Positions 37,198 through 44,365 of a stretch of 64,000 nt of DNA are shown piece by piece. The DNA lies in assembly GCA_040756875.1 (NCBI GenBank), contig JBFLYH010000002.1, positions 222,526 through 286,525 on the forward strand. The letters are read 5' to 3'. The notes under the pieces are model-generated. The model saw only the letters and a list, made by a program, of their open reading frames with translations, was not told where the DNA came from and made no database searches. Position numbers and translations under genes: made by a program. Positions within the stretch are counted from its first letter, which is position 1, and each line of letters starts with the position of its first letter. Source of the DNA: a candidate division FCPU426 bacterium (GTDB taxonomy: Bacteria; Oederibacteriota; JAAXVQ01; JAUVAV01).

Positions 37198-39249
37198 CTA
37201 CCGCCGCTTCCGCGCCGTTTTCGCGCCTTTGGCTTCCGCGGACGACTGGATTTTTTCCTTGCGATAGGCGCTGGCGATCAATTTCCGCATTTTTTCGGGC
37301 GGATAGCGCCGGTTGAACCTATCCTGCACGGCATTCCGGGTTAGCGGTGTTTTCAGCGTCCTGGGATTCAGCGCGGTGACAGCCGCCCGCAACAACTGGC
37401 CGCGGATCTTCGTCGCCTCCGTGCGGCTGACGCCCAATTCTTCCCGAATGTCCTCGCAAGTCAACCGTGCCAGGTCCGTCACCCGGAGAAGTGCGCGTTT
37501 TTTTCCCAATCCCTTTTCCATATAAGGGCGGAACCGCTCAAATCCGGCCAGCGACTGGTCCTGGATGCCCGCAGCGGCCAGCTGGCCGAGCAGTTGCGCC
37601 AGACGGTCAGCCACGAGCGGGCTATCAAAGAAAGAAACCTGGCCATATGCATGGCGCCGCGGCGAGCCGAGGCTGGCCACGGCCTTCTCGTTGACCGCAC
37701 GGAAAAAAACATCGGCCCGTCTACCGTAGAGGGCGCCGGTTTCCGGCAGGGATTGGGTAAACACCACAGATTCCTCGTTTTCCACATCAGACACGTTGCC
37801 GCTGCCAGACTGCTCCTGGTCAACACCCGATCCGTCGCCGGCAGTCGGCGTCGTGCAAGCGCGAAGAAAGCGCCCCAGAACCACCATCTGGTCTCCGTAA
37901 CCCTCGTATTCCTCGAAAACGAGCGCCACCTCCTCGATCCCGACATTCGGGGTCTTGGCGATCACTTTCAGTAGATCGTATTTGATGGCAGGGGAACCGG
38001 GCCATCCCGTCAGCGTAAAATTCTTGATCTGTTCGTGAGCGAGCATGCGGTAATCGGCCGAAACGTAATTCCAGGTATTCATGAGGCGCGCGTACTCGGC
38101 GTAATCGGGAATCTGACCGACGTCGAGGCGGAGCGCCTCGGCCGTCTTGGCCAGGTTTTCCGGCATATACAAATCGTTCAAAGGGATGAAACGCGGCCGG
38201 TATGTTTTAAATGTGGTGACGTGGGTCGTTTCCAAGGTTGCCTCGACGCAAAACCCCGGGATCGAAGCCGGCCGGTTGACCACGAGAAAAAATTCCTGAA
38301 TCCCCTCCAATTGCCGCATGCCCTGGGCAAAGGAAAATTTGCTCTGCTGGATGTGCGGCCGGGGCTGCACATGAAACACGACCCGGTTGGTCCCCAGGTG
38401 GTATCCCTGCAGCAGACTGTAAATATGATTCAGGCTGGTCGAGTGCGACAGGGATTCCCGCTTCTCGCGGGAGAGGTCGATGTTCGTCACTTGCTGGCTT
38501 TGCTGATTGTTGCGCGACGTGGTTCCCCATTGCCCGGTGTTCGATACAGAACCCTCCGAGGACTCGGACGACTGGTACGAATCCTCATTGCTCCATTGGG
38601 CGACCCCAAACGCCGCGCTGCCTCCCTCGGTTTGGCTTCCCCCCGATCCCCGGCTGGAGCCCCAGGAGGAGGCCGATCCGGTGTCCAGGTCGTAATTTTC
38701 GCTGCTGACTGTATCGGTCATCTGTTTACCGACATTGACGTTGTTTGCGGACTGGCTGAGAATCTCCCCGCTTTCGGTGACCGCCTCATACATTTCGCGT
38801 TTGGTCGGTTCGAAGGCGGAAACATAGGGATAATCCTCGAGGGGAACGGGCCCTTCCGCTTTGGGCAGGATACTGACCTGCAACAAAGCGCCGAAACAGG
38901 GCAGGCACTGATCCATACCCGGGATGTCCACCAGGGCGGCGCCGCTTTCATAGGGCATGTTCAACTCGTCTATATAGTGGGCATACTCGGCGATTTTGCC
39001 GCCAATCTCGTCGTCTTTGGCGAGAAAGCTGCTGATGGTGCACACTACTTTGAGATAGGTCACCTTGCGCTGGCAGTATTCCGGAGGCAACTCGGCGGGC
39101 TCATGATAGAACACGGCGATCGAGGATTTCCACATGGCGGGAAACGCCGCTCCGGCGTTTAGTTTGCTCTGGGCATCGATCATGTTCTTCGATACACCCA
39201 TGCGTTTCCAGGGAACATTGACCGGCAAAGACATTTCCGTGAATGACAT
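37198..39249 (-). CDS. Hypothetical 683-aa protein with a central Ser/Thr/Gly-rich segment and a C-terminal helix-hairpin-helix-like motif
   Basis: Long ORF, ATG at 39249 after GGAGGGG; 42 bp upstream of the Rhs gene on the same strand. Confidence 0.8.
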   Translation of the reverse strand: MSFTEMSLPVNVPWKRMGVSKNMIDAQSKLNAGAAFPAMWKSSIAVFYHEPAELPPEYCQRKVTYLKVVCTISSFLAKDDEIGGKIAEYAHYIDELNMPYESGAALVDIPGMDQCLPCFGALLQVSILPKAEGPVPLEDYPYVSAFEPTKREMYEAVTESGEILSQSANNVNVGKQMTDTVSSENYDLDTGSASSWGSSRGSGGSQTEGGSAAFGVAQWSNEDSYQSSESSEGSVSNTGQWGTTSRNNQQSQQVTNIDLSREKRESLSHSTSLNHIYSLLQGYHLGTNRVVFHVQPRPHIQQSKFSFAQGMRQLEGIQEFFLVVNRPASIPGFCVEATLETTHVTTFKTYRPRFIPLNDLYMPENLAKTAEALRLDVGQIPDYAEYARLMNTWNYVSADYRMLAHEQIKNFTLTGWPGSPAIKYDLLKVIAKTPNVGIEEVALVFEEYEGYGDQMVVLGRFLRACTTPTAGDGSGVDQEQSGSGNVSDVENEESVVFTQSLPETGALYGRRADVFFRAVNEKAVASLGSPRRHAYGQVSFFDSPLVADRLAQLLGQLAAAGIQDQSLAGFERFRPYMEKGLGKKRALLRVTDLARLTCEDIREELGVSRTEATKIRGQLLRAAVTALNPRTLKTPLTRNAVQDRFNRRYPPEKMRKLIASAYRKEKIQSSAEAKGAKTARKRR

Positions 39250-39326
39250 GGCGCCCCTCCCACGTATTGACTGCACGACGGGCTCTATTGTTATACGGCA
39301 GTGGGCAAATGGCAATGGATTTCCCG

Positions 39327-39460
39327 ATGGAGCCCCCCGGCCGAAGGGCCCGGGGCACCTCCTCTGACCTCGGCACCTACTGCCTGGGCAGGGCGACATC
39401 CCCGAAGCAGGAAGATACGCATTCCTCCCCGCGCATGCGCGGGGTTCCCTGCAAAGGGGA
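39327..39460. mobile_element. Short two-hairpin non-coding element, copy 2
   Basis: Homologous to 11364-11490, with compensatory changes in the second hairpin. Confidence 0.55.
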
Positions 39461-39516
39461 TGGAAGGTTCGCTCCGGAAAAGGCAACGTCGAAGAAGGGC
39501 GGCGTTTCGAAACCGC

Positions 39517-40485
39517 TTATAGGTGGGGGTCATCCTTCTGCAGGTAGTTTCGAACGTAATCTTGGATCCCGTCTTCCAAAGAAGTGAACGGGCGGTCGTA
39601 GCCCGCGGCCTGCAATTTCTTGATGTCCGCTTCGGTGCGGTACTGGTAGCGGTCCCGGAGCTCGGCCGGCATCTCGATGTACTCGATCCGCGGCTCGCGG
39701 CCCATGGCCTGGAACACCGCGCGGACCAGATCGTTCCAGGTCCGCGCCTGGCCGGTGCCCACGTTGAAGATGCCGTTGGCTTTGGGGTGCTCCAGCAGCC
39801 AGGCCAGCACCTCCACTGCGTCCTTGACGTATACGAAATCCCGGACCTGTTCGCCGTCGCGGTATTCGGGCCGGTAGGATTTGAACAGCTTGACGCTGCC
39901 GGTGTCCCGGATCTGGCCGAACGCCTTGTGGATCACGCTGCGCATGTCGCCTTTGTGGTATTCGTTGGGTCCGTACACGTTGAAAAATTTCAGGCCGGCG
40001 ATGCTCTTGGCCGCGCCGGTGCGGATCGCCCACAGGTCGAACAGCTGCTTGGAGTAGCCGTACATGTTCAGCGGCTTGAGGGTCAGGCTCACCGCGTCCT
40101 CGTCGCTGTAGCCCAGGCCGCCGTCGCCGTAGGTGGCGCCGGAACTGGCGTACAGGAAACGCACCCCGTGCGCCAGGGCCCATTCGGCCAGGGTGCGGGT
40201 GTACTGGGTGTTGTTCTGCATGAGGTACTGGCTGTCCCTCTCCGTGGTCGAACTGCAGGCGCCCATGTGCACCAGGGCCGTGACCTTGGGCAGGCGCCCG
40301 GACTCCAGCCGGCACAGCAGCTCGCGGTGGTCCCAATAGTCGGCAAAGCGGCGGTTAACGAGGTTCCGCCACTTGTCCGTGGCGTCCAATACGTCCACCA
40401 CCAGCAAGTCCTCACGTCCAAGCTGGTTCAGCTTCCACAGCAGCGCGCTGCCGATGAATCCCGCCCCGCCGGTCACGATGATCAT
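39517..40485 (-). CDS. hldD: ADP-L-glycero-D-manno-heptose 6-epimerase
   Basis: C-terminal 322 aa of ORF 39517..41325: MIIVTGGAGFIGS, HMGACSSTTE, YASSGATYG, YGYSK, FNVYGPNEYHKG, RDFVYVKD, YQYRTEAD. ATG overlaps the cheB stop. Confidence 0.95.
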   Translation of the reverse strand: MIIVTGGAGFIGSALLWKLNQLGREDLLVVDVLDATDKWRNLVNRRFADYWDHRELLCRLESGRLPKVTALVHMGACSSTTERDSQYLMQNNTQYTRTLAEWALAHGVRFLYASSGATYGDGGLGYSDEDAVSLTLKPLNMYGYSKQLFDLWAIRTGAAKSIAGLKFFNVYGPNEYHKGDMRSVIHKAFGQIRDTGSVKLFKSYRPEYRDGEQVRDFVYVKDAVEVLAWLLEHPKANGIFNVGTGQARTWNDLVRAVFQAMGREPRIEYIEMPAELRDRYQYRTEADIKKLQAAGYDRPFTSLEDGIQDYVRNYLQKDDPHL

Positions 40486-41555
40486 TTGCCACCCGCCTTG
40501 CTCGCCTGCACCAGGCGCACGATCTGGCCGCTCATGGAAGTAATCGGATACACGCCGTCGGCCACGCCGGCCTCGACCACGGATTTGGGCATGCCGTAGA
40601 CCACGCAAGTGGACTTGTCCTCGGCCAGGACCTTGCCGCCGGCCTTGTTGACGATGATGCTGCCCTGGGTGCCGTCGTGCCCCATGCCGGTCAGGATCAC
40701 GGCCAGGCAGTTCCCGCGGTACAATTTGGCGGCCGACTCCAGGGTCACGTCCACCGCCGGCCGCACGCTGTTGCGGGTCGGCCCCTGGTGGAGGCGGATC
40801 ACGTCCTTGCCGTTCTCGCTGACCACGATCATGTGATGATTGCTCGGCGCCAGGTACACGTGTCCGACCAGCACCTCGTCCCCCTCCTCCGCCTCCTTGA
40901 CGCTCAGCTTGCTCACGCGGTCCAGTCGCTCGGCGAGGGATTTGGTGAACCCGGCCGACATATGCTGCACGACCAGGACGGCCGCCGGCAGGTCCGCGGG
41001 CAGATGGGGGATGACCTCGTACAGGGCGCGGGGCCCGCCGGTCGAACTGCCGATCACCACGATCTGCCGGCCGGCCTTGAGCGTTTCCGGGAGGGGTTCG
41101 GCCGTTTCCAGGCCTTCGTATTCCAGGAACTTCAGCCGCGAAATATCCACCTGCGCCGCGGTGCGGACCTTGTTGACCAGTTCCTCGGCGACCTTGGACA
41201 GATCCAGGCTGATGGGTCCGGAAGGCTTGCAGACGAAATCCACGGCCCCGTATTCCAGGGCCCGCAGCGTCATTTCGCCGCCGCGTTCGGTGTAGGCCGA
41301 AAGCATGACCACCGGCGTGGGGCATTCGCTCATGATGTAGCCGAGGGTCTGCAGGCCGTCCAGCTTGGGCATCTCGATGTCCAGGGTCACCACGTCGGGA
41401 TGGTAATCGGTGACCTTCTGGATGGCTTCCAGGCCGTCGCGGGCCGTGGCGACCACTTCAATGTCCTCAGCCGCGTTCAGGATGTTGCTGATGGTCTTGC
41501 GCATGAAGGCCGAATCATCGACCGCCAGGACTTTAATGGGGCGGGAAGGCTCCAT
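40482..41555 (-). CDS. cheB: Chemotaxis response regulator methylesterase
   Basis: Receiver domain (VDDSAFMR, TLDIEMP) plus esterase triad motifs GSSTGGP, VQHM, LTGMGHDG. Confidence 0.97.
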   Translation of the reverse strand: MEPSRPIKVLAVDDSAFMRKTISNILNAAEDIEVVATARDGLEAIQKVTDYHPDVVTLDIEMPKLDGLQTLGYIMSECPTPVVMLSAYTERGGEMTLRALEYGAVDFVCKPSGPISLDLSKVAEELVNKVRTAAQVDISRLKFLEYEGLETAEPLPETLKAGRQIVVIGSSTGGPRALYEVIPHLPADLPAAVLVVQHMSAGFTKSLAERLDRVSKLSVKEAEEGDEVLVGHVYLAPSNHHMIVVSENGKDVIRLHQGPTRNSVRPAVDVTLESAAKLYRGNCLAVILTGMGHDGTQGSIIVNKAGGKVLAEDKSTCVVYGMPKSVVEAGVADGVYPITSMSGQIVRLVQASKAGGK

Positions 41556-41573
41556 ACAACAGCGGAAGGAAGG

Positions 41574-41939
41574 CTATTTCGCCAGCGCGCGTTCGACGGC
41601 CTCGAGCACGCGGGGCGGCTGGAACGGCTTGATGACGAAATCCTTGGCGCCGGCCGCGATCGCCTCGATGACCATCGCCTGCTGTCCCATGGCGCTGCAC
41701 ATGATGATCACCGCCTTGGGGTCCATCTGGATGATTTCCTTGACGGCCTCGATGCCGTTCACCTCGGGCATGATGATGTCCATGGTCGTCAAGTCGGGAT
41801 GCAGCTTCTTGAACAGTTCGACCGCCTCTCGGCCGTCCTTGGCCTCGCCCACGATTTCGTAGTTCTGTTTCTCCAATATGCCGCGGATCATCACTCGCAT
41901 GAAAGCCGCGTCATCGGCGATCAGGATTCTGGCTGGCAT
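41574..41939 (-). CDS. cheY: Single-domain response regulator CheY
   Basis: ADDAAFMR, TMDIIMP, CSAMGQQ, FVIKPF. Confidence 0.93.
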   Translation of the reverse strand: MPARILIADDAAFMRVMIRGILEKQNYEIVGEAKDGREAVELFKKLHPDLTTMDIIMPEVNGIEAVKEIIQMDPKAVIIMCSAMGQQAMVIEAIAAGAKDFVIKPFQPPRVLEAVERALAK

Positions 41940-42475
41940 TCGCTTTCCTCCCGCTGGGAAGTTTCCGGAAGTGCGGCCCGTCCGCCGGGCAGACTCTCCA
42001 AGGAGGCCTGCTCCAGCTGGTGGGTTTCTGATTCCGAAAGTATTTTGTCGAAATTCAACATGATAATGATCCGCCCGGGCAACTTGCCGATGCCGGCGAG
42101 ATATTCGCCGGCAATGTCCGCCACCATGGCGGGGGGCGGCTCGATCGCGTCCACGGGCAGGCGCACCACTTCGCTGACCTCGTCCACGATCATGCCCAAA
42201 ATCTGCTCGTCCACTTCCACTTCCATGATCCGCTGTTTCCGCTCGGGCGTGGTGTCCAGCGGCAGATCAAAGCGGCGGCGCAGATCCAGGATGGGGATGA
42301 TGCGCCCCCGCAGGTTCACGACTCCTTCGATGAAACGCGGCGCCCGGGGCACCCGCGTGATTTCAACCAGCCGCAGGATCTCGTGCACCTGGTGGATGGG
42401 CGCGCCGAACTCCTCGCCCCCAAGCTTGAACACCACCAGGCGGATCTCGTTTTTGACCTCGCGGCCCGTTTGCAT
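41921..42475 (-). CDS. cheW: Chemotaxis scaffold CheW
   Basis: LVVFKLGGEEFG, VHEI, ITRVP, GVVNLRGRIIPILDL, GMIVDEV. Confidence 0.95.
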   Translation of the reverse strand: MQTGREVKNEIRLVVFKLGGEEFGAPIHQVHEILRLVEITRVPRAPRFIEGVVNLRGRIIPILDLRRRFDLPLDTTPERKQRIMEVEVDEQILGMIVDEVSEVVRLPVDAIEPPPAMVADIAGEYLAGIGKLPGRIIIMLNFDKILSESETHQLEQASLESLPGGRAALPETSQREESECQPES

Positions 42476-42979
42476 TTACAGCTCGCGTTCGCCGGTCAGC
42501 GCCGTGCGGATCTTCATCAGCCCCGAATCGGCGTAATATTCCACCGACCGGCCCTGGCTGCCGCCCGTGTCTTCGCCCACCACGGGGATGCTGAATTCGC
42601 GCAGTTTATCCTTCACCGCCTGCACGTTGCGCTGGCCGATGCTGATGTTGCCTTCGGTGCCGCCGTTGCGCCCCGGAAAGGCGAACATGTTCGCGCCGCC
42701 GACCAGCTTGGCCTGGAGGCGCGAGAACGGAATGCCCGTCTGCAAAAAATGGTCCAGCATGGTCTTCACCGCGGTATCGGCGAATTTGGCGGGATTGAGT
42801 TCCTGCCGGAACCGGGGTTGTTTGGAGTCCGGCAGCATAATGTGCGCCATGGCGGCGATATGCGTTTCCGGATCCCACAAACCCAATCCCACGCACGAGC
42901 CCAGGCCGAACGTCACCAGGATATCACGGCTGCGGGCGACTTTCCAACTTGCCATTCCGACTTTAATGCGTTCAGGCAT
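42476..42979 (-). CDS. cheD: Chemoreceptor glutamine deamidase CheD
   Basis: GLGSCVG, AHIMLP, KFADTA, AKLVGGANMF, IGQRNV, EDTGG..GR. Confidence 0.96.
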   Translation of the reverse strand: MPERIKVGMASWKVARSRDILVTFGLGSCVGLGLWDPETHIAAMAHIMLPDSKQPRFRQELNPAKFADTAVKTMLDHFLQTGIPFSRLQAKLVGGANMFAFPGRNGGTEGNISIGQRNVQAVKDKLREFSIPVVGEDTGGSQGRSVEYYADSGLMKIRTALTGEREL

Positions 42980-43604
42980 CGACAACCCCGGCTGCTTTCT
43001 GGATGGCCTCCACCATCAAATCCAACGCGCTGGTTTCCGGGATCAGAAAGAACGTCCCCGAAATTTTCGTTTCGGTTTCGATGATTTCCGTCCTTAACAT
43101 CAGAGCAAATTGGGTGTCGGTGGATATTTCAACCAGAATGGTTTGAAGAATCGCGGTCATGGTATCAATGGCCAGCGCGGGCACAGAGGGAATCATGCGC
43201 TTGTCCAGGAACTTGGCCAGGGCGTTGAGATAGGCCCCGGACAGGATGGTTCCCAGCTCCTTAAGCGCCGACATTTTCATCTCGCTCAGCATGGCGGTGG
43301 AACCCAGCGTGTGCCCCAGGAGCATGTCCGTCAGTTGGACCAGATTGCGGTGCGGGAACGTCACGAGAATCTTGGAAGGCAGGTCGCCGAACACTTCGAG
43401 ATAAATGCCGGCAGCCACGTCCTCTGACCCTCCCACCACCTCGGGCACTTTTTCGATCGGAATCACCATGACTTCCGGAACGGACATGCTGATGGTGCGC
43501 CCCACGAGTTGCGACAGGGCGGTGGCCGCATTACCGGCGCCGATGTTGCCCAGTTCCCTCAGGGCGTCCCTGTAAAAAGCGTTGATCTGGGTCGGGTCGG
43601 TCAT
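42972..43604 (-). CDS. cheC: CheY-P phosphatase CheC
   Basis: DALRELGNIGAGNAATALS, SALKELGTIL, SVP. The second ExxN site reads ELGT. Confidence 0.93.
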   Translation of the reverse strand: MTDPTQINAFYRDALRELGNIGAGNAATALSQLVGRTISMSVPEVMVIPIEKVPEVVGGSEDVAAGIYLEVFGDLPSKILVTFPHRNLVQLTDMLLGHTLGSTAMLSEMKMSALKELGTILSGAYLNALAKFLDKRMIPSVPALAIDTMTAILQTILVEISTDTQFALMLRTEIIETETKISGTFFLIPETSALDLMVEAIQKAAGVVDA

Positions 43605-43607
43605 GGC

Positions 43608-43979
43608 CTATTCCCTTTCTTGTTCCACTTTTTGGATGGCTTCAATCACGCTGGTGGGCTGGAAGGGTTTGATGATGAAATCCCTGGCGCCGGCCTGCAT
43701 GGCTTCCACCACCAAAGCTTGCTGCCCCATGGCGCTGCAAATGATGATCCGCGCCTTGGCGTCCAGTTCCACGATCTTCTTGACCGCTTCGATCCCGCCC
43801 ATTTCGGGCATGATCAGGTCGATCAGGGTGATGTCCGGCTTAAGCCGTTGATAGGCTTCAATCGCCACCCGGCCATTCTCAGCCTCGCCCACGATGGCAT
43901 AGCCGTGGCTGGTGAGGATGTTGCGCAACATCATGCGCATAAACGACGCGTCGTCCACGATCAGGATCCGACTAGGCAC
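43608..43979 (-). CDS. cheY: Second CheY
   Basis: GTG at 43979 after GGAGG; VDDASFMR, LIDLIMP, CSAMGQQ, FIIKPF. Confidence 0.92.
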   Translation of the reverse strand: MPSRILIVDDASFMRMMLRNILTSHGYAIVGEAENGRVAIEAYQRLKPDITLIDLIMPEMGGIEAVKKIVELDAKARIIICSAMGQQALVVEAMQAGARDFIIKPFQPTSVIEAIQKVEQERE

Positions 43980-44004
43980 TACGGCTCCTCCCCTCCCCAG
44001 GCGG

Positions 44005-44343
44005 CTACAGGGCCGCTTCCCCGCGCTCGCTCGTCCGGATCCGCACAGCTTCTTCGACCGGCAAGACAAAAAGCTTGCCGTCTCCCAATCTGCCGGTTTT
44101 TCCGGTGGTTGTGACCAATTTGAGGACTTTGTCCACTTTTTGGTCCGTAATGACTACTTCTATCATAACTCGGGGTTGAAATTCAACTCCGTAATTCCGG
44201 CTGGCCTTCTGTTTGAGCTGGGACTGATGGATCCCGAACCCGCGGACTTCGTACACGGTCATGCCTTGCACGCCCTCGCGCAGCAGCGCCTGCTTGACGG
44301 CTTCCAGTTTGGCCGGCGGCAGAATGCATTTAATCAGTTTCAT
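44005..44343 (-). CDS. PII-family signal transducer with a divergent T-loop
   Basis: 112 aa, colinear with GlnB/GlnK: GMTVYEVRGFG, Tyr51, TGRLGDGKLF, RIRT. Confidence 0.92.
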   Translation of the reverse strand: MKLIKCILPPAKLEAVKQALLREGVQGMTVYEVRGFGIHQSQLKQKASRNYGVEFQPRVMIEVVITDQKVDKVLKLVTTTGKTGRLGDGKLFVLPVEEAVRIRTSERGEAAL

Positions 44344-44365
44344 GCCCGCGTTCCCTTCCGGTTCA

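Larger units (their letters stand above)
30826..39605. mobile_element. Genomic island inserted in the 3' end of hldD, bounded by a 20-bp direct repeat
   Basis: GAACGGGCGGTCGTAGCCCG at 30826-30845 and 39586-39605; duplicated gene tail; cargo looks less GC3-biased than the host genes. No integrase seen. Confidence 0.8.

Noticed and set aside
39250-39516. Integrase remnant at the island end
   Set aside because: The short ORFs here show no tyrosine- or serine-recombinase motifs, and half of the interval is the two-hairpin element.
40486-41325. Apparent 280-aa N-terminal extension on HldD (602-aa ORF)
   Set aside because: It is an alternative frame overlapping cheB; the real start is the ATG at 40485.
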